NCBI GenBank assembly: GCA_951406725.2
Contig: OX597831.1
Span: 38,440,001 to 38,504,000 of the forward strand
Length of the DNA: 64,000 nucleotides
Direction: 5' to 3'
Source of the DNA: Octopus vulgaris
Taxonomy: Eukaryota
How positions within the stretch are numbered: position 1 is the first letter of the stretch; each line of letters begins with the position of its first letter. The notes below the pieces were generated by a model. That model was not told where the DNA came from. It saw only the letters and a program-made list of their open reading frames with translations, and did no database searches. Positions 28,281-40,739 of this stretch are shown one piece after another. The position numbers and the translations under genes are program-made.

Positions 28281-28756
28281 AGAGAGTGAAAATCAAAAAC
28301 ATTTACCATTAACGATATATCGCGGACTGATCAGTTTCTACCTCTTTCTAGCAAAACAGACAGAATATGTTTGCCAAGGCAAGGTTCGTCAGCGGGACGC
28401 CTTCCTAACTCTAGATGCGCAGAGCGTTAGAGCACATGTTGATCTAACAATTTGTATATCTTAACTTTTCAAACCTCTGCGCAGACGCAAAACATACCCG
28501 GCGACATAGGGCATGCCGGTAAAAAATTTTACGAACAAATTTATCAAGTGATATGTGAACATATGTGAACGTCCCGCTGACGAACCTTGCCTTGGCAAAC
28601 ATATTCTGTCTGTTTTGCTAGAAAGAGGTAGAAACTGATCAGTCCGGGATATATCGTTAATGGTAAATGTTTTTGATTTTTACTGTCTCCATGAATTTAT
28701 CCCGCTTTGTGTCTCTAGCACTAAGCTTCCTTATTTGGGAGCCTTTATTATATTGC
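28277..28756. mobile_element. Penelope-type fold-back element next to (TA)n
   Basis: ~120-bp inverted arms (28277-28399 and 28570-28692), ~170-bp spacer, 3' extension, and a hammerhead in both arms. Confidence 0.85.
28572..28649 (+). ncRNA. Type I hammerhead ribozyme with extended stem II
   Basis: TCCCG CTGACGA ACCT...TTGGCAAA...TTTGCTAG...AGGT A GAAAC TGATCA GTC CGGGA: perfect 5-bp stem I, palindromic loop TGATCA, GUC triplet. Minus-strand copy at 28320-28397. Confidence 0.88.
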
Positions 28757-29087
28757 TATATGAATAATATTTTTTCTATATGAATACTATTTTGTGTAAT
28801 GACAAATTCGTCTTTTGTGCTAGACCAGTGGTAATAATAACTTATGTTATTACCCTTTTTGAGTATATATATATATAAAAATATATATATATATATAAAA
28901 ATATATATATATATATATATACAACCAGCGACGAAAATATTTTGACAAATTAAACTTAAATGTTGAAGTGAATCGAACGGCTTTTGTGTGTTTCTTAAAT
29001 GGCTTATAAACACCTTCCACGCTGCAATTGTTTTCGTTTCAGCACACGATCTCAGATCAAATTACTTGCTATGCGAGTACATCTCCG

Positions 29088-29150
<63 letters not shown>

Positions 29151-29151
29151 A

Positions 29152-29643
29152 TATCAATAATTGAGGGTAAAATTAATTAGTTAGTAATCAATTTCACTAA
29201 GTAGTGTTCAGTATGTAAAAGGACCATTTAAGGCGTATTCAAGATAACTCACGTGGGTGGAAGAGGAAAAAGCGGGAATCTTCGCTTATACATTTTGAAT
29301 TTGCTAGTACTTGCAGTTTGAGGGTCTTTGTCTGAGGTGATACATTGCCGGACGGGTATGTTCATTCTTTTAGTGCTTTCAAATCCAAAATTAAGAAATG
29401 TTGAGCTGACGAAGGAAATGCTGAGTTTTATTTCGGCTAATCTAGAAACGTGACGTTCTCAAATGATCTTTGTACTTGTGATATTTTACTGTTTTACCTC
29501 CATATCTTCGTGAGTTATTTTTGAGTAAACATTATCTGGGAGAATTTTTCTTAAAGTAGTGGAAATGGCTAAAAAACTTTTGGGCTGCTATTTCTAGAAA
29601 GTTCAGTATGTGGCAAAGTAATTTATTTTACTAAGCCCTAATT
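29152..29643 (+). mobile_element. Probable PLE pLTR fragment between (TA)n tracts
   Basis: Unique segment embedded in (TA)n that contains a hammerhead at 29401. Confidence 0.6.
29401..29462 (+). ncRNA. Type I hammerhead ribozyme
   Basis: TTGAG CTGACGA AGGAAAT-GCTGAG-TTTTAT-TTCGGC-TAATCTA GAAAC GTGAC GTT CTCAA: stem I TTGAG/CTCAA, near-palindromic ACGTGACGT, GUU triplet. Confidence 0.78.
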
Positions 29644-29700
29644 ATATAATATATATATACTTGTATATGCGTACATTTATATGTATATAGGAATATATAA

Positions 29701-29750
<50 letters not shown>

Positions 29751-30661
29751 ATATATATATATATCGATATAGATATAGATAGATATATATCTATATATAT
29801 AGATATATACATATATAGGTATATATATATATACTTATATATAGGTATATATATATATATATATATATATAGGTATGTGTATATACTTATATGTGTGCGT
29901 GTGTATATGTATGTAACTGGAACTAAATGATCTCACTGATATTTCGAAAAATTACTTTGTTTCTGTTGCTTTTTGAACACTCCGCATAGAGTACTTGCTA
30001 ACTAGATACTAACAATTACATTGTTATCAACTGTATTTAGAATTGAGTATATTCAAGTAAATTCTGCTCACTCAGATGACACACCGCACCAATTAGAAAG
30101 CAACACCAGGAAATCATGTTCTAGCAATATAATGGTCTCATCAATGCAACCGTATGTTCCATCGTGAAAAAATCCTTTAGCAAGGGAAAGTGAAAGTCCA
30201 TGTCTCTTGATCCAACAGGGCATGTTCCTTAAAAAGTGCAATATAACGGAAAATATATTGTTTGTATTATTTAGTGGATGGAAAAATGTTTCATTTAGTT
30301 TTAATAACTGATTAATTAAGTCTTACAAATGTAATGTCAATTCAAGGATTGTGTCCCGTAATAACATACAATTACAAGTAATTTAAGTGGCCTGTCGACA
30401 TGCTCAAAATAACAGTCTAAACTATCTCTAAATCAATACCCGTCATCGTATATTCCTGGTGTAAAATTTAAGATATTTTTGATTGTCAGAAGTGGAATTA
30501 TTTATATGTAGGAAATCGGTTCTATGAGGTAATCAGAAAAGAATTTTAAAAAAAACATATAAATGACCATAACATGAAAATGAGTGAGGATACATAATGT
30601 CTATTTTCATATAGCCACAGGAGGTTAATGGACGTGAACACAACTAAAATGCAAGAATACA

Positions 30662-30867
30662 TACTCTTTTACTCTTCCATTTGTTTCAGTCATTTGACTG
30701 CGGCCATGCTGAAGCACCGCCTTTAGTCGAGAAAATCGACCCCAGGACATAATATTTGTAAGCTTAGTACTTATTCTACTGGTCACTTTTGCCGAACCGT
30801 ATAGTTAGGGTGACGTAAACACACCAGCATCGGTTGTCAAACGATATTGGAGAGACAAACAGACACA

Positions 30868-30953
<86 letters not shown>

Positions 30954-31100
30954 CATACATATATACGACGGGCTTCTTTCAGTGTCCGTCTACCAAATCC
31001 ACTCACAAGGCTTCGGTCGACCAGAGACTATAGTAGGAGACACTTACCCAAGGTGCCACGCAGTGGGACTGAAACTGGAACCATGTGGTTGTTAAGCAAT
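30662..31100 (-). mobile_element. SINE family A, extreme 5' end missing
   Basis: Homologous to 9428-9832. Confidence 0.88.
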
Positions 31101-31880
31101 CTCGAAGAATTTTTAGTTGAAAAATTTACCCCAGTACCATTTCTTAAAATCTGGAACTTATTCTATTGATCTCTATAGACATAGCAAGTAGACATAAGCT
31201 ACGAACACTACGTGCTTCTTTCAGTTTCCGTCGAACTTAGGCATATGTTTGTGTGTGTGTGTGTGTGTTGAATTGAACCAGTTTCCATTCACGAGCTGTG
31301 GTCATGCTGGGGGCACCACCATTTTGTACGTATGTATCTTTGTACATACGTTTATGCATTTGTATCTACGCGCGCAAATACTTGTATTTACAAACTGTAT
31401 ACGATATACTTATGCATTGGTATAAATATATGTGTGTGCACTTGCATGTATGTGTGCGTGTATTTGGATGTGTATATGTTTGTTGGTTTGTTTGTATGTG
31501 TGTGTACGTTTAGGAGCGCGTGTGTGTATCGTTTATTGACGAAGAGCAATGGCTGACAGCGTAAACCAAAATTGCTACCATTTTTTTTTTACTCCAATTC
31601 TAATTTCTTTTCTTTTCTTCCTCTGATTCTTTTTCCATTTCTGAGATGTTTATCAATATCCTGAAGCACTGATCTACTGACCCAGATTTCTCTTTTTATG
31701 TATTTTCATTGTCATAGTGAATAGAATATCAGCAATTGTCTTATTTGCACCAAATTTGCTGAAACCTAAATTTATATCACATTATCTAGTAATGAAGAAG
31801 AGCTTTGCAATTTTTCTTCATTTTTGTAACATACATACAAAGTACGCACATGTACAAAATATCACAAATGAACGTGTGCA

Positions 31881-31939
<59 letters not shown>

Positions 31940-31945
<6 letters not shown>

Positions 31946-32280
31946 GTGTAATGATGTGTGTCTGTGTGTGTGTTTAGGCTTACAGTAAGTCCTCCTACAC
32001 CGTCAAACTCATTTTAATGATTTTTGGCACGTTGGTAGATCACATGCCCTGAAGTTCAAATAAGGCCGGAAATTTTCGAAGACTCGATAATGCACAGTTG
32101 GTATTGATTTCTGTGAGCTCAATCAGGTATTTGAATGGAAAACAACTCCTTCGCTTGCTCTGACCAATTTGTCTCTGGCCGCCACACATCTACTCATCCT
32201 GCAACAGCCTGCCGAACCAGATATAACATCTTAATGGGTAACAGTTGGCACGGGGAGCGCAGAAGATTGCAATATAAGGT
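31940..32280 (+). mobile_element. Degenerate Helitron-like non-autonomous element
   Basis: TATATA..(TG)-rich start and AACTCATTTTAATGATTTTTGG, similar to the motif in 20930-21312. Ends are unclear. Confidence 0.4.
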
Positions 32281-32809
32281 CAGTCAGTGGTGGGCTTAAC
32301 TTCAACACGGAGAACACGAGCATCAGCTAGTACAAACATATAAAGACAAATAAGCACAATTGCAAACAAACATTGTTTTTCTCTTTTAAATAGATATCCT
32401 TCAATTCTCCTAATTTCGTAAACAACGGCAAAAATTATACATGTAATTGTAAATACTAATGCCCATCTTTCGGCTGCAGATGATTGATGAGTGATAACTA
32501 ATGCGTGACGTGTCACACGAAGCTTCATTCTTCTGTTTTTTTTTCGTGAGGAAATTCGACGAGTTCTATCCTGTGCATTTTTTTGAGCTGATTTCGTTGC
32601 GCGGGTCGTGTATTTTTCTCCAATACTGCTATATGATATGCTTTGGATTATATGTTTGTATACATGTTTGTGAGTATGTCTTTCTCTATTTGTGTTTGTG
32701 TGCCTCTTCCGTGTACTAACCTTACATATATTGCTTTTTTTTAATTCATTCCATGCACACAGCAAGGACAGTACCTTCTGGCTAGGGATCAAATCTTACA
32801 GTAAATGAA

Positions 32810-33180
32810 GTGAAAAGAAAAGGTTCCCTACGACGTCGGTTCTGGGTTCAGTTCCACTGAATGGTTCATTGGGCAGGTGTCTTCTCCTATAGCCTCGGCC
32901 TAACCAAAGCCCTGTGAATGGATTTGTTTCAAAAAAGTCCGTTGCATATGTATGTGTGCGCGCGCGTGCATGTGTGTGTGTACGGGTTTGTGTGTGAATG
33001 TGTTTGTCACTCACCACAGCTTGACAACCGGTTGTGGTATGTTTACTTCACAGTAACATAGCTGTTCGGCAAAAAAAGTCCGACACAATAAGTCCTAGGA
33101 TCGACTAAAAGAATTCTCCAAGGTGGTGGCGTAGCATAGTCGTAGTCTGATGACTGAAACAAGTAAGACATAAAAGAATA
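32810..33180 (+). mobile_element. Diverged SINE family A
   Basis: GGTTCTGGGTTCAGTTCCACTG...GTGTCTTCTcCTATAGCCTCGG...GCTTGACAACCG...ATGACTGAAACAAGTAA. Confidence 0.8.
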
Positions 33181-33194
33181 TGTGTATATGTATA

Positions 33195-33239
<45 letters not shown>

Positions 33240-33240
<1 letters not shown>

Positions 33241-33575
33241 GACCCCCTTCGGTCATCACTGACCGTGGGATTGCACCTAGAAACTTACCATCCCAGGCAA
33301 AGGTCAGGGCAAGTTTGTTTATGGAAGACCAGCAGTCACCCATGCATACCGGCCTCCCCTCTTCACGCCACCAATGTTATCCAAGGGAAAGGCAAAGGGG
33401 CCGATACAGCTTGGCACCTGTGACGTCGCAACTCATTTCTACAGCTGAGTGAACTGGAGCAACGTGTAATAAAGTGTCTTGCTCAAGAACACAATACGCA
33501 GCCCGGTCCCGATTTCGAACTCCAAACTCACGATCGTAAAGCTCCACCCTCTAACCACTGAGCTATGCGCTTTCA
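33240..33575 (-). mobile_element. SINE family D, full length
   Basis: Homologous to 9046-9342 and 52949-53209. Confidence 0.88.
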
Positions 33576-33655
33576 TGCACGCACCTCCCCCCCACATATA
33601 TATATATATACGTATATATGTATAGATTCATATATATAAATATATACATACATCT

Positions 33656-33690
<35 letters not shown>

Positions 33691-33730
33691 GTATGTATAG
33701 ATTCATATATATAGATATATAAATACATCT

Positions 33731-33789
<59 letters not shown>

Positions 33790-33814
33790 ATATATATATA
33801 TATATATGTGTGTG

Positions 33815-34440
33815 TGTGTAAAGTAAACAGTAAAAGAGTCAAAAGGAAGAGTAACTGCGGTTAGGCAGCTTTTTAATCACTACAAATGTTTCGGTACATA
33901 CAGATCCACGTATATACAGTATTTAATGTTAAATTTAAATTAAATTATGTAACGATTCCCTATACAAGAAGATCCATAAGTAACTCCTCAGGCGATATTC
34001 AGTTGCTGTCTCGTAAGTAAATCTTCAAAGAAGAAGCCATGGATGTTGTAGAATGGTAATCTAGATTTACTTACGGAGACAGCAAATGAGTATTACCTGA
34101 GGAGATAAATATAGATTTTCTTACACAGGTAAATCGTTACATAATCGAATTTAAATTTAACTTTAAATCCTGTATATACGTGGATGTGTTTGTAACGAAA
34201 CATGTGTAGTGGTTAAAAACTGCCTTTCCGTACTTACTCTTCCTTTTGACTCATACTTCTTACTTTTTACTTTCTACTTTCACACACGAGGAATACCTAA
34301 GACTAGACTTGGTAGCATACCATAATAATACTACCGGTTATTTGGGATTTCTAAGGGTGAACGAGCTCTATTTGTACTCTTGTACGTTTCTGAACAGAAG
34401 TAGCTTGATATTTATAAACAAAATCGAATATACATACACG
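33815..34440. mobile_element. Older, diverged Penelope-type fold-back element
   Basis: ~200-bp imperfect inverted arms (~33820-34024 and 34063-~34260) with a hammerhead core in each arm. Confidence 0.75.
34092..34213 (+). ncRNA. Degenerate type I hammerhead with ~95-nt stem II insertion
   Basis: ATTAC CTGAGGA G...(~95 nt)...GTAAC GAAAC ATGT GTA GTGGT. The other arm gives CTGAGGA GTTAC...GAAAC ATTT GTA GTGA, implying an ancestral GTTAC/GTAAC stem II. Confidence 0.65.
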
Positions 34441-35128
34441 AGGGGTGGATGTGTGGGTGTATATGTTATTATTTCGTGGGTTGGCTTCCTTAATGTTCAT
34501 ATATATAGTTGCTATTTCGATCGAACTGGATTTCTTCCGTAGGATGTAACCAAGGACTTTAGTGCCAGTTCTTTACATTATTTGGAACTAATTTATTACC
34601 TGAAGCATATATCGAGTAAATGATATAGGACCATTGAACCATTTTCCTTGTAGGAACACAAGTTGTGCTCATGTTTCACTATCCATTAGTTGTGAAGAAA
34701 GAGTGAAAGAGAGGGCTGGAGAGAAAAGTCAGATTTGTGAAGCTTACTTAAGATTTTTTATACATATTGAAATATTGTTCAGAACAATCTCAAATAAATT
34801 TCTTCCCTACAAAATAAGTAACGCAGTTATTTTTTCACCTTTCAGCTACCTTTATAGATGTGCCTTTTATAAAATATCATTTCGTTTCTGTGACTTACAG
34901 AGGTGTTTCCGTACATGTTTTTCAACGTATATCTATGGACATGTCATTCTGATTCGTAAAAACACTTTTCTAGTAATGTAAGTTTAAGAATGATTGGGTA
35001 TCTGTTTCTTTTTCAAAACACGGGGAGAATATATTCTTGGCTGGATTTTATTGTGAAGTAAAAGAAGTTGAGAATCTATGATATTTTTGTGTCAAATTTG
35101 AATTTCTTTTCCTTTCATTTAGAATATA

Positions 35129-36068
35129 CGGGGAGGTACCCAAAAGAAACCGGAATTTTGCAATATTATTTTATTCGTTTAGTTTTGCATCTTTACACTT
35201 TTATCACGTTCAATGTGTTTTACATTTCAAGTAATGCATCCGTCCAGACGTGTTTTCCACTATGCGAAGTGGTGTTGGAACTCTTGCATGTGATGCCTCT
35301 TAACGCCTCCGTGGATTTTTCTTCGCCTTCCATATCTGCAAATTCCGTAGCACCAGATTTCGTCACCAGTGATGAAATTCGAAAAAAGATCCAGATTAAC
35401 TTCCAACTTCTCCTTCGGTTCAGGTCACGTATCCAATAATGATTGCTTTTCCGTGAGCAAGCGAGACGCAACTTTTGCTGCAACTCATTTCATTCAGATT
35501 TCCTCACTTAAAATTCCTTGGCTGGAGCTCCAGGACATACCAGTCATATCAAATCGTTCGTCAACTGTTTCGTGACGCTCCTTCAAAATCAGTTCGCGAA
35601 TTTTCCTGATGATTTCCTTCATTCGAGAGGTCGTTGGTCGCCCTAACCTTGATTGGTCTACAGGCAACAAGTGAACATTCCTTATTTTTTTTATTGCTCA
35701 CAAGGGGCTGAACATAGAGGGGACAACAAGGACAGACAAAGGAATTAAAAACGATTATATCGACCCCAGTGCGTGCTAGTACTTAATTTATCGACCCCGA
35801 AAGGATGAAAGGCAAATTCAACCTCGGCGGAATTTGAACTCAGAACGTGACGGCAGACGAAATGCAGCTAAGCATTTCGCTCAGTGTGCTAATATTTCTG
35901 CCAGCTTGCCGCACGAGCACATTCCTAAAGTGTAGAAACCTCTCGTAGACTTATGTTTTGATCATGGCAGGGTCCTTGTAAGCTATTTGAAGCATAACAA
36001 CTGTTTCGGCCGCCGTTTTACCCCAGCAAAAAACAGAATTTCACAGAAGTTACTTTTGGGTAACCCCT
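35129..36068 (-). mobile_element. Degenerate, internally deleted mariner with a SINE insertion
   Basis: TIR-like GGGAGGTACCCAAAAGAAAC and GTTACTTTTGGGTAACCCCT. Minus-strand translation RLGRPTT...KIRELIL...VAAK...LLT...FITGDEIW. Confidence 0.75.
35681..35912 (-). mobile_element. SINE family B nested in the mariner
   Basis: Family B core, flanked by an ACATTCCT direct repeat (partial TSD). Confidence 0.85.
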
Positions 36069-36512
36069 TGAGCATTTAATATACATAGTAAAATGATTAA
36101 TATATGCTGAGCCTAGGATGTACTATCTTCGGTTTTTAAAAGACATGGTTTAAAATCTACATCATCTGTACTAAGCACAAAATGGATATACCATTGCACC
36201 GTCATCAAGCAGCAAAACAGAACATCGGCAAAAAGCATTGATTATGATCTATAAGTTCTACGGTAAACAGATATGCTCGAATGTCCTTCACCAAATATAG
36301 CATGATAAAGAATAGAGAAAGGACATCGGGACTGCATGTTTCATGCATATTACATGGTCGAAAACTCACGCGCGGGCATGTGAGTATGTCTATGTGTGTG
36401 GAGACTAGGGAAGTGCTGTGCAATTATACACGTTAATATGTCCTTGAGAAAAGAATCAGTATGCTCTGCCTTTATGTAGTGAGGAACGTTTAAGCTACAT
36501 ATTGGTTTTTCC

Positions 36513-36561
<49 letters not shown>

Positions 36562-36565
<4 letters not shown>

Positions 36566-37127
36566 GTTGTCCGGAAAATTCGTGCCGATTTATAGTAGCT
36601 TACATTTCGACTTATTTTAGAACATGGTTGAGTCCATAAAATAGGATTTGACTACACCTCCATTTAGAGCACAGTTTAAGCTATCTTTTCGTGGAAGAAG
36701 GTTTATGTTCCTATAACATATGTTAATTTTGTAACCCTTTAAATTGGAAGTTAAGAAATTTCATTTTCGGCAATTGATGTTTTGGGAACCAGACAAAAAT
36801 TGCTGCAGCTCGGCTGGGATGTGTTACCCCAACCTCCATATTCATCACATATTGCTCCTTCGGATTTCCTCTTATTCAGGTATCTGCAGAATAGTCTTAA
36901 AGGTAAAAATTTAAATTCCTTGGATGACGTAAAAAGATACCATAATGAATATTTTGCCATGAAACTACCTCAATTCTGGGAAGAGGGTATTTTCAAGTTA
37001 CAGGAAAGATGGAGACGCATTGTGCGACAAAATGGTTCATATTTGGTTTACTAAAAATGTAATGGCAAGTATTCATTGACCTTTTTCTTACCTTTAAAAA
37101 TCGGCACGAACTTTACGGACAACCCAA
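36562..37127 (+). mobile_element. Internally deleted mariner, same family as 6639-7173 (566 bp)
   Basis: Same TIRs and TA TSD. ORF RQKLLQLGWDVLPQPPYSSHIAPSDFLLF...ERWRRIV..NGSY. Confidence 0.95.
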
Positions 37128-37744
37128 TATGTATAAAACATCTGCCTGTCTGTGTGTGTGATGGAGTGCGTAACGTGAACATGTATGTATGTATATATGC
37201 ATATGGGTACAAGCGTGCGTGTACGTGAATATATGCAGAAACAGACATGTATGTTATCACATCCTTACCTGTGTATACGTCTACAATTCGCATCCACAAA
37301 ACAGCCCAATAGGTAAAATCTTTAGTAGAAGAGTGATAGAATGTGTATACAAACATATGTACGTTTATACACCTATTGCTCACGCACATACACATACACC
37401 CACTCAGACACACACACATACACGTGTGTATATCAAATATAGTTTCGTACATAATTTGTAGTAGTATGGTTGTTTATTTTTATTTCATATATTTTGTATT
37501 GCTGTTTATATATGAACTTCGTTTGCATAACATTTTCTTTGTTGTATCTGATACTAAGCGAAAGATAAATAAATAAACGAATTTTTAGAGAAAAACGGCG
37601 AACAAAAACTAACGAGTATAGAACTACATCGACAGAGAGAGAGATAGACAGACAGAGACGGAGAGCTGGATATTGAGAAAACGTGAGAAAAAGAGAGAGT
37701 TGTAGGGAGAGACAGGACAGACAAGAGATAGAGAGATAGAGAGG

Positions 37745-37810
<66 letters not shown>

Positions 37811-38046
37811 CAACAGAAAAAAAAAGTGGAGCCAAAATCAATATTTCGAAAACACTTTTGTGATTATTTGTTTTAGAAATCATTTGAAATCAATATTTCT
37901 TTTTACCCTCGAGCCAATCTATCCTCTTTTCTTCCGTTCTGTTGGCACTTGAGAATCAGGTCATTAACGGATGCGTATTTTGGCTTTGTGTGATTGTGAG
38001 AGTGTGTATGTGTGTATGTGTGTTTGCATGCGTGTGACTACATACA

Positions 38047-38113
<67 letters not shown>

Positions 38114-38251
38114 GTGTGTGTATATATATATGTATATATATGCACACATATATGGTTATGTATATGTTTAATGCACATATATATATATACGTATGTATGT
38201 ATATGTATATATGTATATATATGTACACATATCTATCTGTCTATCTTCTCT

Positions 38252-38984
<733 letters not shown>

Positions 38985-39036
38985 CACCCATATATTTTTT
39001 TAATTTATATTTAATGTATATATATATTTTAATATA

Positions 39037-39089
<53 letters not shown>

Positions 39090-39103
39090 TTGTGTGCGTG
39101 TGT

Positions 39104-39264
39104 GCGCAGGAGTGGCTGTGTGGTAAAAAAAAACTTGCTTACCAACGATATGAATCTAGTTTCAGACCCATTGCGTGACACCTAAGACAAGTGTCTTCTA
39201 ATATGCCTCAAGGCCGACTAATGCATCTTGAGTGTATTTGGTAGTAGAAAATTGAAGAATCCCG

Positions 39265-39337
<73 letters not shown>

Positions 39338-39610
39338 TTAATATAATGAGATAAAAATCCAAGGGTGTGAAAGATTTCAGAAATTTATAAATAGAAGGTC
39401 TTATATATTATATATCCCTTCATAGGAGATACATTTGTGTTTCTGTGTTTGTCCCCTCCACCATCGCTTCAGAACCGATATTGGTGAGTTTACGTCCTCG
39501 TAACTTAGCTGTTCGGTAAAAGAACCCGAAAGAAAAAGTACTTTGGTCGATTTGTTCGACTAAAGGCGGTGCTCTAGCATGGCCACAGTCAAATGACTAA
39601 AAGAAAAGAA
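39104..39610 (+). mobile_element. SINE family A with a foreign ~90-bp insert in its internal (TA)n
   Basis: Head GCGCAGGAGTGGCTGTGTGGTAA, tail GGCGGTGCTCTAGCATGGCCACAGTCAAATGACT, extra sequence at ~39335-39430. Confidence 0.8.
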
Positions 39611-40115
39611 TATAAAAATATACATATATATTTATATATGATATACATATATGAATGAATGTGTGTGTATGAACGTACACAACCATATATCCATACGTAT
39701 ATGTATTTATAGATATACAAACCTACATTTGTATATGTACACATACATATATTTAAGCACATGGGTATTATTTTTAATACATTCGTGTGAGTCTAAGTGT
39801 ACTACATTTAATCTGCCTCGGTTTAAGTAGGTCTCTCTGCAGTTGGTACTAAACGTGAAAATATTAATATTAATATATCTGAAAGGGATAACATAATTAT
39901 TGTAACTGAATGTTCAACTTTCATCTCGTAGTAATTATAAGTCGTGCTTTTTCATTCCATCGTCTTTATATATATCCATCTATCTATGTACCTGTCTGTC
40001 TATCTATCTAGCTATCTATCCATCTAACTGTCTGTGTGTCTGTCTATCTACCTATCAATCTTCAATCTATCAATTAATATACTTACATATATATGTGTGT
40101 GTATGTGTGTCTGTG

Positions 40116-40173
<58 letters not shown>

Positions 40174-40739
40174 TGTACATATATAATTATAAATAAGGGC
40201 GCTGGAGGGAGAACGCCAATACGATAGAATAAGATGTCAAATATCTACAAACGACTCTTAATTTGTTCTCTTTTTTACACAAGGCTGAATGCGAAGAAAT
40301 TGACAAGAAGAAATGTCATAGATCTTGTCCATTTCCTCGCATTCGGCCTCTTCAGTTTCATTCATTCTCAAATGCTTGTACAGTGCTTTATTACACACAT
40401 GTGAGTGAGAACACTTTGAGATATTTTTGGTATCTAACATATGTCAGATACTGCGAGCGCTGCTTCTGATTGGTCAATCCATGGTGATGACCCGAGGTCA
40501 CGGTGACGGCACCACTTTTGTCATTCATAAGTTACAACTAAACTTTCACGAGCCGGTAGAATGTAGCCATGTAATTCAACAAACATACTATCTTTTTTAT
40601 ACCAGATATCATTTAAAGTTATATACACATAAAATATAAACATTTCTGGTCGTAATTCAATTTTTTGTTGCCAAAAAAATCACAACATATATCGTCTGCT
40701 CGTCGATACTCTTGCAGTGCAGGTAGATCTATCAAGAAG

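Noticed and set aside
32280-32792. 170-aa ORF with two hydrophobic stretches
   Set aside because: No recognisable motif, composition matches AT-rich intergenic DNA, and no convincing splice boundaries.
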